Part shown: one piece after another, positions 29,631-43,700 of the stretch
How the letters are laid out: each line of letters opens with the position of its first letter
How positions within the stretch are numbered: the first letter of the stretch is position 1
Assembly (NCBI RefSeq): GCF_009914755.1
Contig: NC_060946.1
DNA: 64,000 bases
Source of the DNA: the human T2T-CHM13v2.0 reference genome, Homo sapiens
Reading direction: 5' to 3' (one strand)
The notes under the pieces: generated by a model
Told to the model about the DNA's origin: nothing
Database searches by the model: none
The model's input: the letters and a program-made list of their open reading frames with translations, nothing else
Position numbers and translations under genes: made by a program

Positions 29631-32600
29631 AGTTTCTCTGAATATTTCTGTGTTGTTTTTATTTGAAGATATTTCCTTTTCCAACACAGAGTGCAAAGGG
29701 TTCCAAATATCCACTTGCAGTTTCTTCAAAAAGACAGATTATAAACTGCCCAATCAAAAGATAGGTTCATCTCTGTGAGTTGAATGCAACCATCACAAAG
29801 AAGTTTCTCTGAATGGTTCTGTGTAGTTTTATTTGAAGATAATTCCTTTTCCACTTGAGGGCACAAATAGCTCCAAATATCCACTTGTATATTCTACAAA
29901 ACCAGAGATTCAAAACTGATCATTGAAAAGATAAGTTCATCTCAGTGATTTGAATGTACACATCACGCAGAAGTTTCTTAGAATGCTTCTGTGCAGTTTT
30001 TATTGAAGATATTTCCTTTTCCACCATAGGGTGCATAGGGTTCCAAATATCCTCTTGCAGATTCTAGAAAAAGAGAAACTCTAAACTGCTCAATCAACAG
30101 ATAGGTTCAGCTCTGTAAGTTGAATTCCCACATCACAAAGAAATTTCTCAGAATGCTTCTGAGTAGTTTCTATGTGAAGATATTTCCTTTTCCACAACAG
30201 GCCTCAAAGCTCTCTAAACATCCACTTACAGATTCTGGAAAAAGAGAGATTCAAAACTGCGCCATCAAAAGATAGGTTCACCTCTGTAAGTTGAATGCAC
30301 ACGTCACAAAGAAGTTTCTCAGAATGCTTCTGTTAAGTTTTTCTGTGAACATATTTGATTTTCCACAGCAGGCCTCACAACGCTCCAAATATGCACTTGC
30401 AGATTGTGCAAAAAGAGAGATTCAAAACTGTTCAATCAAAAGATAGGTTCAACTCTGTGAGTTGAATGCATATATCACGAAGAAGTTTCTGAGAATGCTT
30501 CTGTGTAGTTTTTATTTGAAGTTATTTCCTTTTCCACAGTAGGCCTCGAAGGTCTCCAAATATCCACCTGCCGATTCTGCATAAAGAGAGATTCAAAACT
30601 GCTCAAACAAGAGATAAGTTCACCTCTGTGAGTTGAATGCATACATCACAAAGCAGTTTCTCTGAATGCTTCTATGTAGTTTTTATTTGAAGATATTTCC
30701 TTTTCCACCATAGGGCGCAAAGGGCTCCAAATGTGCACTTGCAGATTCTACAAAAAGAGAGATTCAAAACTGCGCAATGACAAGATATGTTCAACACTGT
30801 GGGTGGAATGCACACCTCACAAAATTTTCTCAGAATGTTTCTGTGTAGTTTTTATGTGAAGATATTTCCTTTTCCACATAAGGCTTCAAAGCTCACAAAA
30901 CGTCCACTTGCAGATTCTACAGAGAGATTCAAAACTGCTCAATCAAAAGATAGGTTCAACTCTATGAGTTGACAGCACACATCACAAAGAAGTTTCTCAG
31001 AATCTTTATGTGTAGTTTTTATGTGAAGATATTTGATTTTGCACAGCAGGCCTCAAAAGGCTCCAAATATCCACTTGCAGATTCTGCAAAAAGAGGGATT
31101 CAAAACTGCTCAATCAAAAGATAGGTACAACCCTGTGAGTTGAATGCATACATCACAAAGAAGTTTCTCTGAATGGTTCTGGGTAGTTCTATTTGAAGAT
31201 AATTCCTTTTCCACCATAGAGCACAAAGGGCTCCAAATACCCACTTGCAGAATCTACAAAAACAGAGATTCAAAACTGCACATTGAGAAGATAAGTTCAA
31301 CTCAGTGAGTTGAATGTGCACATCATGAGGAAGTTACTTAGAATGCTTCTGTGTAGTTTTTATTGAAGATATTTCCTTTTCCACCATAAGGTGCAAAGGG
31401 ATCCAAATATCCACTTGCAGATTCTAGAAAAAGAGAGACTCTAAACTGCTCAATCAAAAGATAGGTTCAACTCTGTGAGTTGAATCCCCACATCACAAAG
31501 AAGTTTCTCAGAATGTTTCCGAGTAGTTTTTATGTGAAGATGTTTCCTTTTCCACAATAGGCCACAAAGTTCTCCAAATATCCACTCGCAGATTCTACAA
31601 AAACGGTGTTTCAAAACTGCACAATGAAAAGAAAGGTTCAACTCAGTGAGATGAATGCACACATCACAAAGAAGTTTCTCAGAATCCTTCTGTGTTGTTT
31701 TTATGTGAAGATATTTCCTTTCCACTATAGGCCTCAATGGGCTCCAAATATCCACTTCCATATTCTACAAAAATAGTGTTTCAAAACTGCTAAATCATGA
31801 GATAGATTCAACCCTGTGAGATGAATGCACACGCCACTAAGTAGTTTCTCAGAATGCTTCTGTGTAATTTTTATGTGAACATATTTGCTTTTCCACAGTA
31901 GGCCTCAAAGGGCTCCAAATATCCACCTGCAGATTTTGCAAAAAGAGAGATTCAAAACTGCACAATCAAAAGATACGTTCAACTCTGTGAGTTGAATGCA
32001 TACATCACAAAGAAGTTTGAATGCTTCTTTGTAGTTTTTATTTCAAGATATTTCCTTTTGCACCACAGGGCTGAAAGGGCTCCAAATATCCACTTGCAGA
32101 TTCTACAAAAAGAGAGATTCAAAACTGCTCAATGACAAGATAAGATCAATTCTGTGAGTTGAAAGCACAGCTCACAAAGAAGTTTCTCAGAATGTTTCTG
32201 TGTAGTTTTTATGTGAAGATATTTCCTTTTCCACAATAGGCCCCCAAGCTCTCCAAACATCCACATACAGATTCTGCAAAAAGAGAGATTCAAAACTGCT
32301 CAATCAAAAATTATGTTCAACTCTGTGACTTGAATGTACACATCACAAAGAAGTTTCTCTGAATCTTTCTGTGTAGTTTTTATGTGAACATATTTGATTT
32401 TCCACAGTAAGCCTCAAAGGGCTCCAAATATCCACCTGCAGATTCTGCCAAAAGAGGGATTCAAAACTGCTCAATAAAAAGATAGGATCAGCTCTGTGAG
32501 TTGAATGCATACATCACTAAGAAGTTTCTCTGAATGGTTCTGTGTAGTTTTATTTGCAGATATTTCCTTTTCCACAATAGGGTGAAAGGGCTCCAAACAT

Positions 32601-34730
32601 CCACTTCCAGATTCTACAAAACATGAGAAGATAAATTCAACTCAGTCAGTTGAATGCACACATCACGAAGAAGTTTCTTAGAATGCTTCTGTGTAGTTTT
32701 TATTGAGGATATTTCCTTTTCAACCATAGGGTGCAAAGGGCTCCAACTATCCACTTGCAGATTCTACAACAAGGGAGACTCTAAATTGCTCAATCAAAAG
32801 ACAGGTTCAACTCTGTGAGTTGAATGCCCACATCACAAAGAAGTTTCTCAGAGTGCTTCTGAGTAGTTTTTATGTGGAGATATTTCCTTTACCACAATAG
32901 GCCTCAAAGTTCTCCAAATATCCACTTACAGATTCTACAAAAAGAGTGTTTCAAAACTGCTCAATCAAAAGAAAGGTTCAACTCTGTGAGATGAATGCAC
33001 ACATCACAAAGAAGTTTCTCAGAATGCTTCTGTGTAGTTTTTATGTGAAGCTATTTCCTTTTCCACAATAGGCCTCAAAGCTCTCCCAACATCCACTTGC
33101 AGATTCTGCAAAAAGAGAGATTCAAAACTGCTCAATTGAAAGACAGGTTCAACTCTGTGAGTTGAATGCACACATCACAAAGAAGTTTCTCGGAATGCTT
33201 CTCTGTAGTTTTTATGTGGACATATTTGATTTTCCACAGTAGGCCTCACAGCGCTCCAAATATCCACTTGCAGATTCTGCAAAAAGAGAGATTCAAAACT
33301 GTTCAATCAAAAGATAGGTTCAACTCTGTGAGTTGAACACATACATCACAAAGAAGTTTCTGAGAATGCTTCTGTGTAGTTTTTATTTGAAGATATTTCC
33401 TTTTCCACCATAGGCCGCAGAAGGCTCCAAATATCCACTTGCAGATTCAACTAAAAGAGTGTTTCAAAACTGCTCAATCAAAAGAAAGTTTCAACTCTGT
33501 GAGATGAATACACACATCACAAAAAGTTTCCCAGAATGCTTCTGTGTAGTTCTTATTTGACGGTATTTTGTTTTCCACTGTAGGCGTCAAAGCGCTCCAA
33601 ATATCCACTTGCAGATCCTACAAAAAGAGTGTTTCAAAACTGCTCAATCATAAGCTAGGTTCAACCCTGTGAGATGAATGCACACATCATGAAGAAGTTT
33701 CTCAGAATGCTTCTGTGTAGTTTTTATGTGAAGATATTTGTTTTTCCACAGTAGGCCTCAAAGGGTTCCAAATATCCACGTGAAGATTCTGCCAAAAGAG
33801 AGATTCAAAACTGCTGATTCAAAAGATAGGTTCAACTCTGTGAGTTGAATGCATACATCACAAAGCAGTTTCTCTGAATGCTTTTGTGTAGTTTTTATCT
33901 GGAGATATTTCCTTTTCCACCATAGAGCGCAAAGGTCTCCAAATACGCACTTGGAGATTCTACCAAAAGATAAATTCAAAACTGCTCAATGAGAAGATAA
34001 GTTCAACTCTGTGAGTTGAATGCACACCTCACAAATAAGTTTCTGAGAATGCTTCTGTCTAGTTTTTATGTGAAGATAGTTGCTTTTCCACTGTTGGCCT
34101 CAAAGGGCTCGAAATATCCACCTTCAGATTGTGCAAAAGAGAGATTCAAAACTGCTCCATCAAAAGATAGGTTCAACTCTGTGAGTTGAATACACACATC
34201 ACAAAGAAGTTTCTCCGAATGCTTCTGTGTAGTTTTTATTTCAAGATATTTCCTTTTCCACCATAGGGCACAAAGGTCTTCAAATATCCACTTGCAGATC
34301 CTACACAAAGAGAGATTGAAAACTCCTCAAAGAGAAGATAATTTCAACTCCGTGAGTTGAATGCACACCTCACAAAGTAGTTTCTCAGAATGCTTCTGTG
34401 TAGTTTTTATGTGAAGATATTTCCTTTTCCACAATAGGCCTAAAAGCTTTCCAAACATACACCTGTAGTTTCTGCAAAAAGATAGATTTAAAACTGCTCA
34501 ATCAAAACGTAGTTTCAACTCTGTGAGTTGAATGCAAACATCACAATGGTATTTCTCAGAATGCTTCTGAGTAGTCTTTATGTGAAGGTATTTCCTTTTC
34601 CACAATAGGCCTCAAAGGGCTCCAAATATCCACTTGCAGATTCCACGAAGAGAGTGTTTCAAAACTGCTCAATCAAAAGAAAGTTTCAACTCTGTGAGAT
34701 GAATGCACACATCACAAAGAAGTTTCTCAG
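29631..34730 (-). repeat. Alpha satellite, A-type only, older 'monomeric' SF4-like layer, block 1
   Basis: No CENP-B-box monomers seen. Diagnostic GAGAGATTCAAAACTGCTCAATCAAAAGATAGG, TTCTCTGAATG, TGTGTAG and ATTTGAAG. Confidence 0.88.
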
Positions 34731-37700
34731 ATTGCTTCCTTCTAGATTTTATGTAAAGATATTTCCTTTTCTATTATAAGCCACAAAGCGCTCCAAATGT
34801 CCACTTGCGGATTCTACAAAAACGGTTTCCAAACTACGCAATCAAAAGAAAGGTTCAACTCTGTTAGATGACCGTACACATCATAAAAAAGATTCTCAGA
34901 ATTCTTCTATCTGTTTTTTTGTGAAGATATTTCCTTTTACAACTTAAGCCTGAAGGTGCTTGAAATGTCCCCTTGCAGATTAGCCAAAAAGAGTATTTGA
35001 AAACTGGTTCTTCTAAAGAAAGATGGAACTCCAGGAAATGAATGCAGACATCACAGAGAACTTTCTCAGAATGCTTCTATCTACTTTTTATGTGAAGACA
35101 TTCCCTTCTCCACCACAGTCCTCAAAGTGCTGCCAAATGTCCACTTGCAGGTTCTACAAAAAGAGAGTTTCCAATCTGCTCAATCAAAAGAAAGGTTTAA
35201 CCCCGTGAGATTAATGCACGCATCACAAAGGGGTTTCTCAGATTGCTTCTGTCTAGATTTTGTGTGAAGATATTTCCTTTTCTACCATTGGCCACAAAGA
35301 GATCCAAATGTCCACTTGCAGATTCTACAAAAAGAGTGTTTCCAAACTACTCAAAAAGAAACGTTCAACTCTGTGAGATGAATGCACTCATCACAAAGAA
35401 GTTTCACAGAATTCTTCTGTCTAACTTTTATGTGAAGATATTTCCTGTTCCACCATAGGCCTCATGACGCTCTAAATATCCGCTTGCAGATTCTACAAAA
35501 AGAGAGTTTCAAAACTGCTCAATCAAAAGAAAGGGTTATCTCTGTGAGATGAATGCATATATCACAAACAAGTTTCTCATATTGCTTCTGTCTAGATTTT
35601 ATGTGGAGATATTTACTTTTCTACCATAGACCACAAAGTGCTCCAAATGTCCACTTGCAGATTCTACAAGAAAGAGTGGTACCAAACTGCTCAATCAAAA
35701 GAATGGTTCCACTCTGTGAGAAGAATGCACACATCACAAAGAAGTTTGTCAGAATTCTTCTGTCTAGTTTTTATGTGAAGATATTTCCTTTTCCACCATA
35801 GGCCTCAAAGCATTCCAAATATCCACTTGTAGATTCTACAAAAAGAGAGTTTCAAAACTGCTGAATCAAAAGAAAGTTTAAACTCTGTGAGATGAATGTA
35901 CCCATCACTAAGAAATTTCTCCGATTGCTTCTCTCTAGATTTTATGTGAAGATATTTCTTTTTCAACCATAGGCCGCAAAGCGCTGCAAATGTCCACTTG
36001 CAGATTCTACAAAAAGAGTATTTCCAAACTGCTCAACCAAAAGAAAATTTCAGCTTTGTGAGATGTACATACACATGACAAAGAAGTTTATCAGAATTCT
36101 TCTGTCTAGTTTTCATGTGAAGATATTTTCTTTTCCACCATAGGCCTCTAAGCACTCCAAATGTCCACTTCGAGATTCTACAAAAAAAGTGTTTCCAAAC
36201 TGCTCAATCAAAAGAAAGTTCAACTCTGTGAGATGAATGCCCACATCACAAAGAAGTTTCTCAGATGGCTTCTGTCTAGATTTTATGTGAAAATATTTCC
36301 TTTTCTACCATATGCCGCAAAGTTCTCCAAATGTCCACTTGCAGATTCTACAGAAAGAGTGTTTCCAAACTGTTCAATCAAAAGATAGGTTCAAATCTGT
36401 GAGATGAATGCACACGTCCGAAAGAAGTTTATCAGAATTCTTCTGTCCAGTTTTTATGTGCAGATATTTCCTTTTCCACTGTTGGCCTCAAAGAGCTCCA
36501 AATATCCACTTGCAGATTCTACAAATAGAGAGCTTCAAGACTGCTCAATCAAAAGAAACGTTTAACTCCATGAGAGGAATGCACACATCACACAGAAGTT
36601 TCTCAGATTGCTTCTGTCTAGACTTTATGTGAAGATATTTTCTTTCCTACTATAGGCCGCAAAGTGCTGCGAATGTGCACTTTCAGATTCTACAAAAGAG
36701 TGTTTCCAACTGGCTGTATCAAAAGAAAGTTTCAACTATGGGAGATGAAAGCACGCATCACAAAGAAGTTTCTCAGAATTCTTCTATCTAGTTTTTATGT
36801 GAAGAGATTTCCTTTTCCACCACAGGCCTAAAAGGGCTCCAAATGTCCACTTGCAGATACTACAAAAAGAGAGTTTCAAAACTGTTCAATAAAAAGAAAG
36901 GTTTAACTCTGTGAGATGAATGCACACATCACAAAGAAGTTTGTCAGACTGCTTCTGTCTGGATTTTATGTGAATATATTTCGTTTTCTACCATTGGCTG
37001 CAAAGTGCTCCAAATGTCCACTTGCAGATTCTACAAAAACAGTGTTTCCAAATGGCTCAATCAAAACAAAGGTTCAACTCTGTGAGATGAACGCATGCAT
37101 CACAAAGTGATTTCACAGTATTCTTCTGTCTAGTTTTTATGTGAAGATATGTCCTTTTCCACCAAGGGCCTGAAAGAGCTCCAAATGCCCAATTTCAGAT
37201 TCAACAAAAACAGAGATTCAGAACTACTCATTCAAAGGAAAGTTTTAACTCTGTGAGATAAATGCACACATCAAAAAGAAATTTTTCAGATTGCTTCTGT
37301 CTAGATTTAATGTGAAGATATTTCCTTTTCCACCATAGACCTCAAAGCGCTCCAAATATCCACTTGCAGATTCTACAAAAAGGGTGTTTCAAAACTGCTC
37401 CAATCAAAAGGAAGTTCTAACGCTGTGAGATGAATGCACACATCACAAATAAGTTTCTCAGATTGCTTCTGTCTAGATTTTATATGAAGATATTTCGTTT
37501 TCTACCATATGCCACAAAGTTCTCCAAATGTCCACTTGCAGATTCTACAAAAAGAGTGTTTGCAAACTGCTCAATCAAAAGAAAGGTTCAACTCTGTGAG
37601 ATGAATGCACACGTCCCAAAGAAGTTTCTCAGAATTCTTCTGTCTAGTTTTTATGTGAAAATATTTCCTTTTCCACCATAGGCCACATAGCGCTCCAAAT

Positions 37701-40700
37701 ATCCACTTGCAGATTCTACAAAAAGAGTGTTTCAAAACTGCTCCAATCAAAAGGAAGTTTTAATGCTGTGAGATGAATGCACACGTCACAAAGGAGTTTC
37801 TCAGATTGCTTCTGTCTAGATTTTATGTGAAGATATTACCTTTTCTACCACAGGCCTTAAGCGATAAAAATGTCCACATGCAGAGTCTAAAAAAGAATGT
37901 TTCCAAACTGCTCAATGAAAAAAAGACTTCAACTCTGTGAGATGAAAGCACACATCACAAAGAAGTTTCTCAGAATTCTTCTGTCTAGTTTTTATGTGAA
38001 GATAATTCCTTTTCCACCACAGGCCTCAAAGCGCTCCAAATGTCCACTTGCAGTTTCTACAAAAAGAGAGTTTGAAAACTGCTCAAACAGAAGAAAGTTT
38101 TAACCCTGTGAGATGAAAGGCCACATCACAAAGAAGTATCTCAGATTGCTTCTGTCTAGATTTTATGTGAAGACATTTCCTATTCTAACATAGGCTGCAA
38201 AGCGCTCTAAATATCCACTTGCAGATCCTTCAAAAACAGTATTTCCATACTGCTCAATGAAAAGAATGATTCAACACTGTATGATGAACGCAAGCATCAC
38301 AAAGAAGTTTCTCAGAATTCTTCGGTCTGGTTTTTATGTGAAGATAATTGCCTTTTCCAACATAGGCTTCAAAGGCCTCCAAATGTCCACTTGCAGATTC
38401 TACAAAAAGAGAGTTTCAAAGCCGCTCAGTCAAAAAATGTTTAATTATGTGAGATAAATGCACACGTCACAAAGAAGTTTCTCAAATTGCTTCTTTCTAG
38501 ATTTTATCTGAAGATATTTCCTTTTCCAGCATAGGCCTCAAAGTGCTCCAACTGTCCACTTGCAGATTCTACAAAAAGAGTGTTTCAAAACTGCTCAATC
38601 AAAAGAAAGGTTTACCTCTTTGAGATGAGTGCACACATAACAAAGGAGTTTCTCAGATTGCTTCTGTCTAGATTTTATGTGAAGATATTTCCTTTTCTAC
38701 TATAGGCCACAAGGCATACAACATGTCCACTTGCAGATTCTAGAATTTTTCCAAACTGCTCAATCAAAAGAAAGGTTCAACTCTGTGAGATGAAAGGACA
38801 CATCACAAAGAAGTTTCTCAGATTGCTTCTGTCTAGATTTTATATGAAGATATTTCTTTCTTCTAATATAGGCTACAAAGCGTTCCAAATGTCCACTTGC
38901 AGATTTTGCAAAAAGAGTGTTTCCAAACTGCTCAATCAAAAGAAAAGTTCAACTCTGTGAGATGAAAGCACACATCACAAATACGTTTCTCAGAATTCTT
39001 CTGTCTTGTTATGTGAAGATATTTCCTTTTCCAACATAGGCCTCAAAGCCCTCCAAATGTCCACTTACAGATTTTACAAAACGTGAGTTTCAAAACTGCT
39101 CAATCAAAAGAAAGGTTTTACTGTGTGAGATGAATGCACACATCGTAAAGAAGTTTCTCAGATTGCTTCTTTCTAGATTTCATCTGAGGATATTTCCTTT
39201 TCCACCATGTGACTCAAAGTACTCCAAATGTCCACTTTCAGATTCTACAAAAAGAGAGTTTCGAAACTTCTCAATCAAAGGAAAGGGTTAACACTGTGAG
39301 ATGAATGCACACATTTACAAAGAAGTTTCTCAGATTTCTTCTGTCTGGATTTAATGTGAAGATATTTCATTTTCTAAAATAGGCCACAAAGCGCTCCAAA
39401 TGTCCACTTGCAGATTCTACAAAAAGAGCATTTCCAAAGTGTTCAATCAAAAGAAAGGTTCAACCCTGTTAGATGAATGCACACATGACAAGGCAGTTTC
39501 TCAGATTACTTCTGTCTAGATTTTATGTGAAGATATTCCTTTTTTCTACCATAGGCTGCAAAGAGTTCCAAATGTCCACTTGCAAATTCTAGAAAAAGAG
39601 TGTTTTCAAACTGCTACATCCAAACAAAAGTTCAACTCTGTGAGATGAATGCACACATCACAAAGAAGTTTCTCAGAATTCTTCTGTCTAGTTTTTATAT
39701 GAAGATATTTCCTTTTCCACCATAGGCCTCAAAGCGTTCCAAATGTTCACTTCCAGATTTAAAAGACAGAGTGTTTCCAAACCGGGTCAATCAAAAGAAA
39801 GGTTGAACTCTGTGAGATGAACACATGCATCAAAAAGAAGTTTCTCATAATGCTTCTGTCTAGTTTTTATGTGAAGATATTTCCTTTTCTACCATAGGCC
39901 ACAAAGCGCTCCAAAGGTCCAATTGCAGATTCTACAAAAAGAGATTTTCAAAACTCCTCAACCAAAGAACATTTTAACTCTGTGAGGCGAATGCACACAT
40001 CACAAAGAAGTTTCTCAGATTACTTCTGTCTAGATTTTATGTGAAGATATTTCCTTTTCTACCACAGGCCGCAAAGCTCTCCAAATGTCCACTTGCAGAT
40101 TCAAGAAAAAGACTGTTTCCAAACTGCTCAAACAAAAGAAATTGTCAACTCTGTGAGATGAACGCATGCATCACAAAGAGGTTTCTCAGAATTCCTCTGT
40201 CTAGGTTTTATGTGAAGACATTTCCTTTTCCACCACAGACCTCAAGACACTGAAAATGTCCACTTGCAGATTCTACAAAGAGCTTATTTCAAAACTGGTC
40301 CTTCAAAAGAAAGGGTCAACTCGGGGAGATGAATGCACACATCACAAAGAAGTTTCTCAGAATACTTCTATTTAGGTTTTATGTGAAGATATTTCCGTTT
40401 ATACCATAGGCCTCAAAGCTCGACAAATGTCCACTTACAGATTCTACAAAAGGACATTTTGAAAACTGCTCAATCAAAAGAAAAGTTTAACTCTGTAAGA
40501 TGAAAGCACACATCACAAAGAAGTTTCTCAGAATTCTTCTGTTTAGTTTTTATGTGAAGATATTTTGTATTCAACGATAGGCCTCAAAGTGCTCCAAATG
40601 TCCGCTGGTAGATTTTAGAAAAAGAGTTTCCAAACTCCTCAATCAAAAGAAAGGTTCAACTCTGTGAGATGAATGCACACATCACAAAGAAGTTTCTAAG

Positions 40701-43700
40701 ATTGCTTCTGTCTAGATTTTAGGTGAGGATATTTCCTTTTCTACCATAGGCTGCAAAGAGCTTCAAATGTCCACTTGCAGATACTACAAAAATAGTTTCC
40801 AAACAGCTCAAACAAATGAAAGTATCAACTCTGTGAGATGAACCCACACATCACAACTGCTTTCTCAGAATTCTTCTGTCTAGTTTTTTTTGTGAAGATA
40901 GTTCCTTTTCCACCATTGGCCTCAAAGCTCTCCAAATGTCCACTTGCAGATTCTACTAAAAGAGAATTTCAAAACTGCTAAATCAAAAGAAAGTTTTAAC
41001 TCTGTGAGAAGAATGCACACATCACAAAGTAGTTTCTCAGATTGCTTCTGTCTAGATTTATGTGAAGATACTACCTTCTCTACAATAGTCCCCAAAGCGC
41101 TCCAAATGTCCACATTCAGATTCTACTAAAAGTGTTTTTGCAACTGCTTTATAAAAATAAGGATTCAACTGTGTGAGATGAAGGCACACATCACAAAGGA
41201 GTTTCTCAGAATTCTTCTGTCTAGTTTTTATGTGAAGATACTTCCTTTTCCACCATAGGCCTCAAGTCGCTCCAAATGTCCACTTCCAGATTCTACAAAA
41301 AGAGTGTTTCCAAACTGCTCAATCAAAAGAAAGGTTTAACTCTGTGTGATGAATGTACACATCACAAAGAAGTTTCTCAGATTGCTTCTTTCTAGATTTT
41401 ATGTGAAGATATTTCCTTTTCTACCATACCCGCAAAGTGCTCCAAATATCCACTTGCAGATTCTACAAAAAGAGAGTTTCAAAACTGTTCAATAAAAGAA
41501 ATCTTTAACTCTGTGAGATGAATGAACACATCATGAAGAACTTTCTCAGATTGCTTCTTTCTAGATTTTAAGTGAAGATATTTCCTTTTCTACCACAGCC
41601 CGCAAATCACTCCAAATGTCCACTTGTAGATTCTACAAACAGAGTGTTTCCAAACTGCAGAATCAAAAGAAAGTTTCATCTCTGTGAGATGAACGCACAC
41701 ATCACAAAGAAGTTTCTCAGTATTCTTCAGTCTAGTTTTTCTGTGAAGATATTTCCTTTTCCACCATATGCCTCAAAGCGCTCCAAATGTCCACTTGCAG
41801 ATTATACAAAAAGACAGTTTCAAAACTGCTCAGTCAAAAGAATGTTTAACTCTGTGAGATGAATGCACACATCACAAAGAAATTTCTCAGATTCCTTCTG
41901 TCTAGATTTTATGTGAAGATATTTCCTTTTCTACCATAGGCCAAAAAGAGCTCCAAATGTCCACTTGCATAATCTACAAAAAGAGTTGTTTTCAAACTGG
42001 GCAATCAAAAGAAAGGTTCAACTCTGTGAGTTGAACACTCGCATCACAAAGAGGTTTCTAATAATTCTTCTGTCTAGTTTTTATGTGAAGATATTTCCTT
42101 TTCCACCATAGGTTGCAAAGCGCTCCAAATGTCCACTTGCAGATTCTACAGAAAGAGTGTTTCCAACAGCTCAATCAAAAGAAACGTTCAACTCTGTGAG
42201 ATGAATGCACGCATCACAAAGAAGTTTCTCAGAATTATTCTGTCTAGTTTTTATGTGAAGATATTTCCTTTTCCACCATTGACCTCAAAGCACTGCAAAT
42301 GTCCACTTGCAGATCCTATAAAAAGAGAGTTTCCAAACTGCTCAATCAAAAGAAAAGTTTAACTTTGTGAGATGAATGCACACAACACACAGAAGTTTCT
42401 GAGATTGCTTCTGTCTAGATTTTATATGAAGATATTTCCTGTTCTTCCATAGGCCACAAAGCCCTCCAAAGGTCCACTTGCAGATTCGACAAAAAGAGTG
42501 GTTGCAAACTGCTTAATCAAAAGGAAGGTTCAACTCTGTGAGATTAATGCACGCATAACAAAGAAGTTTCTCAGAATTCTTCTGTCTGGTTTTTATGGGA
42601 AGTTATTTCCTTTTCCACCATTGTACTCAAAGTGCTCCAAATGTCCACTTGCAGATTCTACAAAAAGAGAGTTTCAAGACTGCTCAATCAAAAGAAAGGT
42701 TTAACTCTGTCAGATGAATGCACACATCATAAAGAAGGTTTTCAGATTACTTCTGTCTACATCTTATGTGAAGATATTTCCTTTTCCACCATAGGCTGCA
42801 AAGAGCTCCAAATGTCCACTTAAAGATTCCTCAAAAAGAGTGTTTCCAAACTGCTCCATCAAAAGAAATGTTCAACTTCGTGAGCTGAACGCACACATCA
42901 CAAAGAAGTTTGTCAGAATTCTTCTATCTAGTTTTTATGTGAAGATAATCCCTTTTCCACCATAGGCCTCAAAGCGTTCCAAATGTCCACTTTCAGATTC
43001 TACAAAAAGAGAGTTTCAAAACTGCTCAGTCAAAAGAAAGGTTTACTCTGTAAGATGAATGCACACGGCACAAAGAAGTTTGTCAGATTGCTTTTATCTA
43101 GATTTTATGTGAAGATATTTTCTTTTCTATCATAGGCCACAAAGCGCTCCAAATGTCCAGTTGCAAATTCTACAAAAAGAGTGTTTACAAACTGCTCAAT
43201 CAAAAGTAAGGTTCAACTCTGTGATATGAACGCATACATCACAAAGTAGTTTCTCAGAATTCTGCTGTCTAGTTTGTATGTGAAGATATTTCCTTTTCCA
43301 TCATAGGCCTCAAAGTGCTCCAAATGTCCACTTGCAGATTTTACAATAAGAGAGTTTCAAGACAGCTCAATCAAAAGAAAGTTTTAACTCTGTGAGATGA
43401 ATGCACACATCACAAAGAAGTTTCTCAGATTGATTCCATCTAGATTTTATGGGAATATATTTCTTTTCTAACATAGGCGGCAAAGCGCTCCAAATGTCCA
43501 CTGGCAGATTCCACAAAAAGAGTGTTTCCAAACTGCTTAATCAAAAGAAAGGTTCAACTCTGTGAGATAAAAGCATGCATCACAAAGAAGCTTCTCCGAA
43601 TTTTTCTGTGTAGTTTTGATATGAAAATATTTCCTTTTCCTCCACAGGCCTCAAAACGCTCCAAATGTTAACTTGCAGATTCTACAAAAAGAGAGATTCA

